In this document: one piece after another, positions 14,024-27,500 of the stretch
How positions within the stretch are numbered: position 1 is the first letter of the stretch
How the letters are laid out: each line of letters opens with the position of its first letter
Source: Cirrosporium novae-zelandiae
Taxonomy: Eukaryota
Length of the DNA: 64,000 nt
Direction: 5' to 3'
Assembly: GCA_026023565.1 (NCBI GenBank)
Contig: JAPETS010000009.1
Location: 558,001-622,000, forward strand
Notes under the pieces: generated by a model
Seen by the model: the letters and a program-made list of their open reading frames with translations, nothing else
Told to the model about the DNA's origin: nothing
Database searches by the model: none
Made by a program: the position numbers and the translations under genes

Positions 14024-16762
14024 ATGAGCTCGTGTCCGTTATCCAAGAACATCCTGAAAGCTGGCCTTTGCTGATTCAACCCATAGTGAAACAGTTCATT
14101 CGGAATGTTCGAGCTGCAAAGACCATTGCGGATGAGAGGGCGGTGGTACAAAAGGAGAGCGCAGCAATTCGAGCTAGCTTCAGAGAGGAGAGCGGAGATT
14201 CGAACATAAGGTCCGAAAAGCCAACCATTCTTCAACTGATGTTATATGAGCTGAAGAAAATCTAGACGAAATAATGTAGCAAAACTGCTCTATCTTTTCA
14301 CTCTCGGAGAGCGGACACATTTTGGACAGATAGAATGCCTGAAGCTTCTAGCTTCTCACCGTTTCGCAGACAAACGATTAGGCTACCTCGGGACTATGCT
14401 TCTGTTGGATGAGAACCAGGAAGTACTTACGCTTGTGACAAACTCCCTGAAGAAGTATGATTGTACCAATTGTGTCATGGATGTGGATGCTAACTAATTC
14501 TTGTCTCGTAGCGACCTGAATCATTCAAACCAATATGTCGTCGGCTTAGCCCTCTGCACTCTGGGAAACATAGCTTCTGTGGAAATGGCTCGAGACCTAT
14601 TCCCGGAAATCGAAGGTCTAATATCAACCGCAAACCCTTATATTCGACGGAAAGCTGCTATTTGTGCAATGAAGATTTGCCGAAAGGTACCAGATCTACA
14701 AGAACACTTTCTCGACAAGGCAAAATTACTGCTATCAGATCGTAACCATGGAGTTTTGTTATGTGGTTTGACCTTGGTAATAGATCTTTGTGAAGCAGAT
14801 GAGGCCGAAGATGGGGAATTGGGCATTGTGGACATGTTCCGTCCTCTGACGCCTGGTCTAGTCAAGGTGCTGAAGGGTCTTACAACTTCTGGTTATGCAC
14901 CAGAACATGATGTTGCAGGCATAACAGATCCATTTCTCCAGGTTAAAATTCTAAGATTACTGAGAGTCTTGGGAAGAGGAGATGTACGAACGAGCGAGTT
15001 GATTAATGATATCTTGGCGCAAGTAGCCACCAATACAGATTCTTCGAAAAATGTCGGTAACTCGATACTTTACGAAGCTGTCCTTACCATCCTTGATATC
15101 GAAGCAGATTCGGGTCTCCGGGTACTTGGCGTTAATATCCTTGGAAAATTTTTGTCCAACAAAGATAACAATATTCGATATGTTGCTCTGAACACCTTGA
15201 TAAAGGTTGTGGCTGTCGAGCCAAACGCGGTCCAGAGACATCGAAATACAATTTTGGAATGTCTAAGGGATCCGGATATCAGTATTCGCCGACGAGCTCT
15301 CGATCTCAGTTTTACTTTAATTAACGAAGGAAATGTACGCGTACTTATCCGGGAGTTGCTCGCCTTCCTGGAAGTAGCAGACAATGAATTCAAGCCAGCC
15401 ATGACAACCCAGATTGGAATTGCGGCAGATCGGTTTGCTCCAAACAAGCGCTGGCACATCGATACTATGCTACGGGTACTCAAGCTTGCTGGAAACTATG
15501 TCAAAGAACAAATCCTATCATCATTCGTCCGTCTTATTGCTACAACTCCAGAGCTTCAAACATACTCGGTTCAAAAACTCTATGCAAGCCTCAGGGATGA
15601 CATCACCCAGGAAGCCTTGACTCTTGCTGGAACTTGGGTTATAGGGGAGTATGGAGATGCATTACTTCGAGGTGGCCATTATGAGGAAGAAGAATTGGTC
15701 AAGGAAGTCAAAGAGGGTGACATTGTGGATCTTTTTTTCCAGATATTAAATAGCAGCTACGGCACGCCTGTTGTGACGGAATACATCATCACGGCGGCCA
15801 TGAAACTGACGACGAGGATAAACGATCCAACGCAGATAGATCGAATTAGGCGGTTAATGGGCGGTCGAGGTGCCGATCTAAGTGTTGAAATCCAGCAGCG
15901 AGCAGTTGAGTATGGAAATCTATTCAGTTACGATCAAATTAGGAAAGGTGTTTTGGAGAAGATGCCGCCACCTGAGATACAAGAGGAGCAGAGGGTGTTT
16001 GGAGAGTCAACAAACAAGCGACACTCCAAAGTGCTTCCCCAAAAGCCTAGGAAGCCAGCCAAACAGAGTGAGCAGGACATGCTACTTGATCTTATGGGTG
16101 GTTCTGAAGTACCTACTGCAGACCTGAGCAGCACACTCAAAGACACACAAAACAACGCAGATTTATTAGCCGACATTCTAGGCGGTGGTAATTCTGTGAC
16201 CTCTCCACCTCCACAAACGACATCACCTCCTCAATCGAACGTGAACTCGATTATGGATCTTTTTGGTTCGAACGGAGCATCTTCGCCAGCTCCACAACAG
16301 CAATCTTCCAATCTTCTTTCCTCCCTATCGGAACCTGGCCAACAATCGCCTCCTCCGGTCCAGGCACATACGGCCTATAACAAGAATTCTCTTGTCCTCA
16401 CGCTCCAAGTACACCGCAATGGTGGTACTGCTCAAGTGCTGGCGAAATTCAAGAACACGGGGGATTTCGAAAAGTTCTCGTCTGTTGGGTTACAAGCAGC
16501 TGTTCCAAAAAGCCAAAAATTGCAGCTCCAGGCAATCAACAAAAGCGAATTGGACGGAGGTGAGGAGGCCAGTCAAGGGATGAAGATTGTGGGCGTAAAC
16601 GGCGTAAGTATCATCTCCCATTATCTTGCTCCAGAATCATATAAATCTAATTTCCATCTCAAACAGACACTGCCACCGAAATTAAGACTGAGGTTGCGGA
16701 TAAGCTATGCAAAGGATGGGGGAGCACCAGTGATGGAGCAAGTAGATTGGTCGGAGCCCTGA
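14024..16762 (+). CDS. APL4: AP-1 adaptor complex gamma subunit (gamma-adaptin)
   Basis: Spliced N-terminus [32 protein letters not shown], then the adaptin trunk ([21 protein letters not shown]), a hinge with LLDL motifs and a GAE ear ([12 protein letters not shown]...LRLRLRISY). Confidence 0.96.
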
Positions 16763-19126
16763 TGTTAGAAATTGGGGGGAGGGGGGGGGTGCTGCAATAA
16801 CAAAAGACCCTGAGGGAGATTAAAAATGGACTTATTATCATTCTTGATTCCTATATCACCTTAGTTTATTCTTTTCTTCTCCCTCGAAAAAAAAGAAAAT
16901 ACCATTTGCTGGCGCTACGGGGCAGCTCTCACCCGCCATATTGCAGGAAAACTACCATTTGATGCATTGGCATAAAGCGACGGCAACAACAGCAGCAACA
17001 ACGTAAGCCAAAGACCGTGGTTTTCTGTACACACGTGAGTTTGCCCCTACTACCTATTCAATATACCTTACACATGCAACCCAACCCAACCCAACACATG
17101 ACAAGGGTGCCTACCTAGAAGAAGAAGGCCGTACCGGCGAGCGAGCAAGGACTCAAGGACCCAAGAAGGAACCATTTCAGTCAGAGAGAGACAAAAACCA
17201 AGCAAAGCACCCCCGAAATGTAAACAAAGTAAGTATAACCAAATGTAGTAATTAATCAACAGAACAGACCCTTCCCTTCCTTTTTCCCTTCCCCACATCC
17301 CACCCACACCCAACAAACGAAAAAAAGCTTTAAAACTTTAAAAATTACAGTTCCATTGCTTTGCTTTGCTTTGCTTTGCTTAGACATATCTATAACGATA
17401 TCCAATATATATTCGCCCCCCCCCCCCATCCCCGAATTCTGAACCCCATTTCCCATTTTCCCATATCCCATAAAACCCTAATCTATCCCCGAATTCCGAA
17501 AATCCCTCTTCCTCCTCCCCCAGCTTTCCTTAATTTCTCTATCATTTTTTTTTCACAAATACAAATACAAATACAAAACAAAACAAAACAAAAACTACAG
17601 GACAGAACGGGGGGGCGACGTTCTAGTTAGCATATGTACATTCGTTTATGAAAAAAAAAAAAGATTTGTCATTTTTTCTTATTATTTGCCCCCCCCTGAA
17701 AGGCTTATTTATATTAAGGCTTATCATCCCCTTTTTTACAGTTTACTTCTTTTTTTAGTCATTCGGTCCCTTCCCTCCGCAACACATGTAACACGTTCTT
17801 AGATAAATAAATATCATTTCTAAAGGGGGAGGGGGGGCCTTCTTTCTTTCTTTTTTGGGGTATTGGTTATTGATTATTGGATATCGTACTTTTATTTGTT
17901 TATAAAGAGGGTAGTTAAGATGGGAATTGGGAATGAGGGCTTTTGGATTCTTTGATGGGATGGATTGGATTAGATTGGATGGGCATGGACATAGATGGGC
18001 ATGGGATTGCGAGGACGAGGACATGGAGTGATCACGGTCACTCTTGGAGTTTGGTTTTTGATTTTGGTTTGTTGATGAGAGAGAAAGAGTAGATGGGGGG
18101 AAGAAAGTGAGAGAGAGAAAGTGGGAGGGAGAGAAAGAGAGTCGGAGAGTCAGAGTCAGGGAAAGAAGAGTCCAACAACAACCCCGGCCTCTTCTCTCTC
18201 CCAAAGTTTCCTCACGGACCACTCGTCCTGAAAGCTCATACCCTAATCCCCATCATACCATCCCATAGCAACCAATACCACCGGAGTCACTCACAAGTAC
18301 CATCATTTCCATTTCCATGATCCATAACCCATAACCTATAACTCATAGACCGAAGGAAAAAAAGGTTTTTATAAAATCTCGGGGTTTAAATGAGACCTGT
18401 TACTTTTTTCTTGAGTCAGTTATAGCTTAGTTAGATGGTTGGTGATTGGGTTAGCGGAGGAGATGCAGCTTTCAAAGTATCTTTCTCTTCTTCTTTTCAT
18501 GCGTTTGTTTATACAACAGCAGGTAGCAATGGCGATTTGGACCGTGATAAACATAATTGAGTTTGGAATTCAACTTTGCCAGTCTCAAATCTGAGTTGAA
18601 CTCCGAATTTGACAGTTGCCAGTCCAGTTGAGTTTAGAATTCGAACCTTTTGCCAGTCCGGCTAGTCTATATATTCCTCTCTCCCATACCTCTCTTCTCT
18701 CACACTATTCACATTTTCCATTTCACATCCATTTCTATTTCATCCATCAAATTCAGCAGCCTCAGGACATATATTCATCCATCACATCAACACGGGCCTT
18801 CCTTCTTCTATCCAATACTAGATTCCCCTCCCTCGCAATAAGAAGTTGTTCCCTCTCAGAGGTTTTGAAAACGTCCTCGTTTATTATTTTTTTGGATCCC
18901 TGCCGTTGAAGGTGGTTTAGCCCAGACATTCCTGACCCAGGACGCCTAGCTCTCGAAGTCGAAGGTAGTAAGATCGACAAGTTGTACACCCTCCGGGGCC
19001 TGCTGCTGACAGCTAGCTAGCCTTATATCCTCGACAGAGCTTAGAAAAGCTTGTCATCATTGCCCTTGCTTCCCAGTCGGAACCCAATCCTCCTTCCATC
19101 TCCCTCTCTCAAAAAAAAACGAAACC

Positions 19127-19438
19127 ATGGCCCGCAAGTCCGTACCCAAATCCAATCCTCGCAAATCCACAACACTTGCTCTCAAGGTGAAAAAACCCTT
19201 AGTCAAGAAATGCAAAACTAAAAAAGCTGCAAACAATAGGGCTACTGGTGTTGTTGTTGCTGGGGAAGCCAATATCCTCGGCGTGGAGGAAGCCAATATC
19301 CTCAGCCTGGAGGAAGAGGCGGCAATGACTCTGTTGGCTCAGCGGGATGAAGCGATGGCGGCTGTGAGGAAACTCGGGGAGGAGATGGACGAGTATGGAG
19401 ATGGGGATACGGTCGTTGATAATGACGAAGAGAAGTGA
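19127..19438 (+). CDS. Orphan 103-aa ORF with a Lys-rich N-terminus and acidic C-terminus
   Basis: Good ATG context (aaaccATGG) and a CT-rich upstream region with TATATA near 18668. No family recognised. Confidence 0.4.
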   Translation: MARKSVPKSNPRKSTTLALKVKKPLVKKCKTKKAANNRATGVVVAGEANILGVEEANILSLEEEAAMTLLAQRDEAMAAVRKLGEEMDEYGDGDTVVDNDEEK

Positions 19439-22400
19439 TGGGTAGAAGGAACAAGATCGTCAATAATCGTGTTGATGGGGTTTCTTACTGTTACTCGAGC
19501 TCTTGGTGACTAGTATATGAAAGGATCTGGTTACTGGTCATCCTTATACTACCGAGACAAGTCATTCAACCAGACATGGATGAATTCTTGACCTTTGCAT
19601 GGGGAGCAATCGATATGAGAATTTATTCTTTTCGGTGATGAGTAAGTACATTCACCCCCTCCCCCTTGGACTTGTCATAAGAAAAACTAACAGCTGTAAT
19701 ATAGACAAATCGGGGAAGGTTACCCTTGTGTCTGGGTGTATATTTTCGGTCGTCGGGCGTAGAGTATCTTTCTCTCTTGTTAAAGCCTCGACAGTTGATG
19801 TCGAATGCAAACTTGACCTCATGATGAGTTTGGTGTCATAACTGCCATAGTAACTAGGAGGGCAAGGAAGAGGGAAGGAGGAGGGAAAAAAGGGGAAGAA
19901 GGAAGGAAATTTATTCAAAACGACCAAGCTAGAAAGTTGATGAGATATGTTTGGGGGGGAGGGGGGTTGTAGATAGAGAGGGCTTACCCGACAAGGAAAA
20001 GAAAAAAACTGGACTAGCTTCTGGTATCTTTTCTAGAGAGAAGAGGAGGAGAGGAGGAGAGGAGGAGAGGAAGAGAAGGGGGGTTTTCTTATAAGATATG
20101 ACATTACCTGGATCAAATAAAGAGGTAGTGTATATATATACATGAAAAATCTTATTTTGCTCCACCACCACCGAAAAAGAGTATCCATTACATTTTTAAA
20201 ATAAAAAAATGAAAATATTGATTAGGAAAAAAAGGGGGGGTAGTTTCTTTCTGGTTGGTTGGTGATTTTGGTTTATTATTTAGATATTATTAGGAATGAT
20301 GTTGGAACTTGGAAGAATCGGGGATGTATGGTTTTTTAGCATGGGAGATGGGAGATGGGGTTGAATATGGTGGATACTGCAGATAGAATTGATTGGGATG
20401 GGATTGATTTGGATGATTGGGATAGGATAGATGATTAAGGAGGGGAGTGTTAGTTTTTGAATGGATGAATATAAAAAAAAGGGAGGATTAGTGTTAACTT
20501 GCTCATATAATATATAATTCACCTTCACCTGTCCTCTGGACTCAATGGGGATAAGATAAAGGTATGTTAATTACAATAATAATAACAACAATAGAAATGA
20601 CAAGACAAAGACGTACTGTATGAAAGTTAAGGTAGGAAGTTGAAATTGAATTATCTCGGGTCTAGGTCGAGGTGAGAAAGGGAGAAAGAAGCAAGGGTGA
20701 GAAAGCGTGCTATACTGTACAGTACATACTCGAGTACTGTACTATATACATCGGAGTTTGGATGGGAGCACCCCATAGGTTTAATCTCTCTTGTTAGATA
20801 TTGTTAGATACTGTGGTAGATATATATCTGGATTCTGGATTGGATTATATGGATTGAGCCGGCCAATTTAAATTGAGGAAGATTGAAGAAAGAAGGGATA
20901 CTAAAGAATGAAAACGGAAAATGAAAAGCTGAAAGCTGGACCCTACCCTAACCCTTGATCTTTATGAATTATGAATGGAATGGATGGAGGGGGGTTATGG
21001 ATTAAACCATGTGAAGACCAGGATACCACAGTAGGGAATCGGAAGGTTTCGGGTTTGATGTGACAGATAAATCAGTGTGATAGATAGCAGTGAAGGGAAG
21101 GTCATGTTTATTATTTTTATTTTTATTTGAGAAGTCCTGGGAAGTCCTGGGTGGAGTGGAGTGTGTAACTCCACATGGAATTGAAGAAGAGAAGAGAAGA
21201 GAAGAGGATGACACTCGTGGGTGACACGATGGGATACGAGGGGCATGGGATTGAAGAGGGAGGTGACATGATAGATACGATGGACATGATGGGATATAGA
21301 TAGTACATAGTACATACGGATTTTCAAGGTAGGTCTCGGGGGGTGGTGGGAAAGTTGTAACGAGGTTCTCCCCTTCAATCTATTCTAGGGAGTCTAGGAA
21401 GGGAGAGAGAGGCCTTGGAACAAAAGTCAGGTAATGATTTAATAGAAAATAATCTAGATCTAATGTTATTATTATTTTTTTGAGTATATTTTAGAAGACT
21501 GCTGGAAAAAAATGCATTATATTCGTCATCTCGTTCTTTTTTTTAAAAAAAAAGAAATCATGAATTTTGCCATTGTGAATTCTCATCTCATTTCGTAAAA
21601 TGTTAAAATGTAAATGAACAATAATGGAACCGCGGTCAAAAAAGACGATGAATTTAATCATCACCTTTCCTTCCCTAGTGGTTCCTTTCCATCATCATCC
21701 AATTCATAAAACCCTTCCGTCCCTTAATTTCCCTATTCCCATTCCCCCATTCCAATCCATCCATCCATTCGCAAACCCATGCCCAGAAAATGCTCAGAAA
21801 TGACAGACCCGGAGACATGCAATCGCGCGAATAGATGTTTGTGAAGGAAAAAAGAGAAAGAAAGAAAAAAACGAAAAGGTTCAAAAAGGATGCGGGAAAA
21901 TGCAATAGCAGTTAGGCAAGCGATAGCGATAAGTAGATACCACAAAACTTTAGCCTCTCCATATGATGATGATTCCCCATTTACTCCCTCTCTGAAGTAG
22001 AAAGGAAAAAGATCACAAAAGGAGATGCAATTAACATGACAATAGCCACAAAATCACCATCCGCCTGCCTATATCATCATGAACGTCCCGAAGAGCTGGG
22101 GCTGCCCAGATTGGGGAATTATATATTCTGTCGTTTGATTTGATGCTTCACTGGAGCTGAGAAATAGGAACCCGAGTCCAAAGTTAGAAGAAATATGGGG
22201 TAAAAAAAGCTCCAGATAATCATAATATGTATGGTAATTTGAAGAAATCGGAGAAAAAAGAAAAAAAAACATGCCAGAAATACAATCCAAGACTTTCTCA
22301 GAAGCGAAAAAAAGGATTTCTTCTCCTTTATCGATTCAGTCAGCTCGACCCAATCTCTGTATCACATTCCATTGGTCAATGAAATCAACACATTCAAATC

Positions 22401-22670
22401 AGGGAGGCTGTATCGAGAAGGAAAAAGAAGATTTCGGTGACCCATAGTAATTTCCATTCCATTATTCCATGCCCCGATATGCATCCGATATCCGTTATCC
22501 ATTCAAGTAAAGCGCTTCTTGGCGCAGAAAATTAATACAGTTGTATGTTGGCTTGGTGTTTGATAAGCACATTCATATCCAGCGTTAATTAAGACGAGTT
22601 GGTATGATAGCCATGTCTTTCACAATAACACACTAGATCAACAAACCCTCAAACAAAAAGTTATCTGCGT

Positions 22671-24560
22671 TTAGTATACCCTACTACTACTCTGATGAAG
22701 TGTCTCTGGCTTTAGATGCACATATGCTGCCTGAGTTCTTCTCTCAAGCGGCTCGCTTCCTCGCCTAAGTGAAGTATATTGCACATCCTCTGGCCGAATC
22801 ACAGGTGCATACCTAACTTTGTACGCCGGTGGACTTCCAAATATCTCACCGCGCGCAGACTGGCCACGGGACAAGGGAGGAGGGTTAGGCCTTGATGTGC
22901 TTGAGGGGGGTATGCGTTCAGAGTGTTGGCGGGGTAGAGGTGGGATAGGTGGGATATCGAGGTTGCGATCGGGGAAAGCGGATTGATAGCGCGAGGGGTC
23001 GGGAGCATAGGAATTGCTTCGTGTGGGCTTAGAGCTACTGCGTACTGAGACGGAAGGCCTTTCGAAACTTCGATGGCTTTCGCGTTCTCGTTCACGATGA
23101 GGAGAGGGCGATTCCATGCGGATATTGTGACGAGGTGGAGGAAGGTCTTCGACGACGATTTTGTTACGATAGTCTTCGCCGTCGACGACCTTGTATCTGG
23201 TGGATTTGTGTGGTTTTGTGGTGGTGTAATGTACATCGGGAGATGTAGGCGATGAGTAACCAGAATCGTGGTTCCCCGTCGAGGTCTTTAGTTTAGACGT
23301 CTTAGACGAGGGCTCTGTGCTACGGCGAGACGACGTCATCCCAGCTAAAGGCGTCGTTTCCGAGCGGCGGAGGCCAGGCATTTCAGCCCGGGAGGATTTG
23401 GATGGGCGTTCGTAGTCGGTATTGGAACGGAGGGGAGGCACTGGGGGTGCATCCTTGGGAGGGGATCGTCTCGACTCATATGGATCGACGGAGCGATGGC
23501 GGTCTTTGGACGAGCGCGACTTGCTGGATTCGCGAACAAACATCCCCCGTCCAGAAGAGCGCGGTTCGACATGGCGGGAGATCTTGTCAATGTATGCAAG
23601 ACTAGCTTTCGAGAAGGGATCGCGCTCCACAGGACCACCTTTAGTGCGGGACTGGGCGATGTAATCTGCGGCAGTCGTGTGCTTTTCCCTCCAGTCGTCT
23701 TCGTAACGGTCTTCACGACTTCGTCTTGATTCTCTCGACTCTCTTGGTTCCCTCGTTTCCTTTCTTCGGCTACCACTACTGTACTCGTCTTCATATCTAT
23801 CTCTCTTTCTGTCGTCATATTTCTCCTTTCTTTTTGACGAAGAATCGTCATAGCGACCTCGGTGATGCCTATGATCGTCAAAGATATCACCCTCTTCGGA
23901 GTCTGATTCAGCGAATACTGCACGGGTCGAGTATTTATCTGTCGCTTCTCTTCTCCTTTCCTTATCTCTTGTTTTTCGTCGGTCATAGTGACCGGATCTT
24001 TCGGATTCCCGACTTTGGACCTTTGTGGATCTGTAGCGATCACTTTCCACCGGTCTTGATTGTTTTTTCTCCTCCGGAACAGCCCGTTTTGTCCTCAGAG
24101 GAGGTTCTTCATAATCATATGCTCTCCTAGGCCTGGGTTCTTCGAAAAGCCTCGAGTTACTATCGTCACTGTCGAAAAACCTTGCAGGTGGCACGCGCTC
24201 CTCGTAGACCTGACCATTATTCCTGACCTCGAAAGCCGTAGTAGATGAGCCATAACCACCCATGTTCCTTGCAGTACTCGCAGCCTCTCGTTGCATTTTC
24301 TCCTTCCTTAGTTCTGCCAGCCGAAGCTTATTTTCATAATGGGTTCGCTTCTTCTCATCGCTCAAAATCTCGTAGGCTTCTTGGACTCGTGTGAATTCAT
24401 CGCTCTTTCTTCGTAATAGCGTTTCGTCTGTGATACCAGCGAGCTTGTCAGGATGGCACTTGAGGACAAGCTTTCGATAGGATCTCTTGATCTCATCTTG
24501 AGTAGCGTCCTTGGGGACACCAAGAGCTTTGTAGGGATCGGGAGGGATGGGTGATTCCAT
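22671..24560 (-). CDS. J-domain (DnaJ) protein with a long Arg/Ser/Asp-rich disordered tail
   Basis: Intronless 629-aa ORF. N-terminal J domain DPYKALGV...[12 protein letters not shown]...EAYEILSD with the HPD motif. Confidence 0.9.
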   Translation of the reverse strand: MESPIPPDPYKALGVPKDATQDEIKRSYRKLVLKCHPDKLAGITDETLLRRKSDEFTRVQEAYEILSDEKKRTHYENKLRLAELRKEKMQREAASTARNMGGYGSSTTAFEVRNNGQVYEERVPPARFFDSDDSNSRLFEEPRPRRAYDYEEPPLRTKRAVPEEKKQSRPVESDRYRSTKVQSRESERSGHYDRRKTRDKERRREATDKYSTRAVFAESDSEEGDIFDDHRHHRGRYDDSSSKRKEKYDDRKRDRYEDEYSSGSRRKETREPRESRESRRSREDRYEDDWREKHTTAADYIAQSRTKGGPVERDPFSKASLAYIDKISRHVEPRSSGRGMFVRESSKSRSSKDRHRSVDPYESRRSPPKDAPPVPPLRSNTDYERPSKSSRAEMPGLRRSETTPLAGMTSSRRSTEPSSKTSKLKTSTGNHDSGYSSPTSPDVHYTTTKPHKSTRYKVVDGEDYRNKIVVEDLPPPRHNIRMESPSPHRERERESHRSFERPSVSVRSSSKPTRSNSYAPDPSRYQSAFPDRNLDIPPIPPLPRQHSERIPPSSTSRPNPPPLSRGQSARGEIFGSPPAYKVRYAPVIRPEDVQYTSLRRGSEPLERRTQAAYVHLKPETLHQSSSRVY

Positions 24561-27500
24561 ATTGGCGGCGTTAGGTGAACAAGGAAAAGGACGAGCTTGA
24601 AGTGAGCTCGTGTAGAGGAGACAAAGTCGATGGAGGGAGCATCAATAAATGGATATCATAAAGAGCATTAAGTTGGAAGTGAAGATAGCTTGGTTGTGGC
24701 AAGCTATGAATGATTGTTGCTGGTTTGGCTCAGATAGATGACGATTGTAATGTTTACAATAAGTTGGGGAGGACTGGAAATGGATTAAGATGATGCCGCG
24801 TAGGTCCACGGGATTGTGTTTGGCTGCCCTTTGGCTGCTTCGTTGTCCAAAGTGGAATCGGACGAGTCGGTTGTAATCAGGGCTGCAGTGTTGTGTCTGG
24901 TGCAGCGCTGCACCGATGCACTTCACTAAAGTACCGGAAGGTTTCGGTGGACTGGTGATAGATTGGGGGGGGGGGGGTGTATGATGGTAGTTAGAATGCG
25001 GATGGATGGATTCGCTAATGTCCGACGGGCTTCTTTTTTTACTCTTTTTTCACTCTAAAAGGCTCGAAAGTAAAGTGAAGGTAATTAGATAATTAGTTAA
25101 AACTAATTTTCCAACTTCGAAGTTTTGGCGAAACCGAGGGGGGGAAAATCAAAAATGACTGGGGCGGCGTGGATCTGCCGTAATGGAAGGCAATAATTGA
25201 TTGATTTCTTTAAAAAAAAGGCAAAGGGCTTGTTTTTTTTTTTTAAAGAAAGGGTACTTTTCGTACTTTCGTAGATCAGTCAGCTCCTGTAAGCTCTTAG
25301 CTTTACTCTGTTCTCTAAGCTGATTGTATACTCAAAGTGTAGTGCTACGCGGCATTGAGCCACACCGTCGCACTGTGACTGTCCCTGAGTACCTGTGTAC
25401 TTACAAGATTTTTTTAATCGATTCGACCGAGAAATCCACGGCCAAGAATGTCAGCCCACCCCCAACTGCTAGCAACAAGGACGCCTCAAGTGGCAACTAA
25501 GAGGCAATGGAAGTAGTCCAAGGCAATAGACGCAATACCTGTTCAAGGTTGGAGAGTATTTGTTGATATAATGCTGAAAGTAGGCGTGGTTTCGTCGTTT
25601 CGCAGCAACAATCAATTAGGCCCAGTATTCGCTATCAATCATCAATTGTCAATTGTCAATCAATCATCAATCCGTGCCTAGTTGCCCTATTCCACCCCCC
25701 AGAGCGGTGAAAGACTGTCAAAAGGACACCAACAGCAAGCCTTCAGCCAAAGCTTGAATCTAAAACGCCGTTTCTTGGATAGTCTTGCGGTCAAAAAAAC
25801 CTTGGGTCGAGCCACGAGACGGCAATGTCGCAATGAGGCCAGTGAAGACGGGGATGACAGGATATCCCTGCTTCAAATCTGTTTTAAGATCTGGATCAAG
25901 TTTTGATTCTCTTTTTTTGGCTGTCTAAGTTTAAAGTATTTGGAGAAGATGGTTTTGTGCTTCAGGAACAAGGATAACCAAAGCACCTCATGGCACTTAT
26001 GGCACTCAAACGGAGACGACGGAGACCAAGACCACGGGCACCAAAGTCACCACTTTCCTTAATTAAGTCTGTCACGCCGATGGTTAATCCTTGCGCAAGG
26101 AACCCGAAGGTAAGATATGGCATACACCGTATACCAGAGAGCGGTCGGCGCGGTTTATGCGTTTATGCTTACTGGAAGCAAAAAAAGAGGAATAAAATGG
26201 GTAATGGCAGATGGTAGATGGTAGATGGTAGAAGAGGCTGGAGAAGCTGTTGATATTATCATTTTATGGGAAAGGCATGAGAAAGGTCATGACCATGAGG
26301 CATAAAAGGCAACGAGCGAAAGGAGGGCAGAAGACCTTTCCAACAGAGACAATAATGCCAATACCAATGCCAATACCAATGCGAATGCGAATGCGGCTTC
26401 TGTAATACTTTCTACTAAAAAGGAGTACTTTATACATTCGTTCACTAATTATTTTCTATTCTCCTATCATTTACTATCATTCTATCACCATGGGACGATA
26501 ATTACTCATAATTTGTACCAGGTAACCTTCAGCCAGCCTTGCTCCTGCTCATCGATCTGTTTGTTATCCATCCTTGCTTTTTCTTTTCGTTTTTTTTTTC
26601 AACTACTGCTGTACATAAAGAATGATGACCATCCATAATCCCAACATATCCCAAGGGTATGGCTCCTCAGCCCATCATACTCGAGTAGGCGTTCGATGGA
26701 AAGGATTAGAGGGAGAAAGAGGGAGGGAGAGCGGAGGAGGGCGTTTGATGTGCACAGAAATACCATCCAAACGGTACATTACATTCTGATGTTCTGATGT
26801 CCCTGGTGTTCTGGTGTTCTAATGTTCCCATCTCATGTGCATCGATTTGCCCTGAGTAGGCTTTGTCGTCTGATCGACCTTTTATTGGAGATCATACTTT
26901 CACTGGACCTGAATTTTCTCCCTCACATGGCCTTAATTATCCTTTATAAGGTTGAAACTGTTTTTGTATCAAAAACCTATCTCCATTATTATTCTTGTTA
27001 TGAGTGGTCATTGGGACATTTCGATGGAATTACTTGTAACTACCTGTTAACTATAGCAATGATACGATACCATAATAAGTAGTTGGATAAAGCTAGCAAT
27101 GAGATCCAGATCCATGAGACCACGACATCTCGGAAAAAGTGCCTTGGTAAAAGGTCCCAAGGACGGCCCGTCACTGGTGGCCCTTTGGGGATCCTGGATC
27201 CTTGTCAGTTAATTCCTTTTAGTTCTCACAAATCGAGTCTTTACTGTTGTTTTGGATGGTTCAATGATTACTGGCCAGAATAAAAAAAAACACGGGCAAC
27301 ACAAGACAACACAGGCAACACAGGCAACATACAGGTAACATTACCAGCACATAACCAGCACACACCATTTGGTGCCCCCCTCGGGGGGGGGGGGGTGGAT
27401 GTGGAGCAACGAATCGACGTCAAGAAGTGCTTGCGGCGGCGTTAACTAAAGCCATCTACGGCTATCCAAAAGTATCTAAAAGCCTACCACCCCCAGGACC

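Noticed and set aside
14034..14265. Atypical GTCCG donors in the first two APL4 introns, considered as possible stwintrons
   Set aside because: Simple single-step splicing restores the conserved protein, and no internal intron is visible.
23345..24043. 232-aa alternative-frame ORF inside the J-domain gene
   Set aside because: An overlapping frame in purine-rich, low-complexity coding sequence with no recognisable domain.
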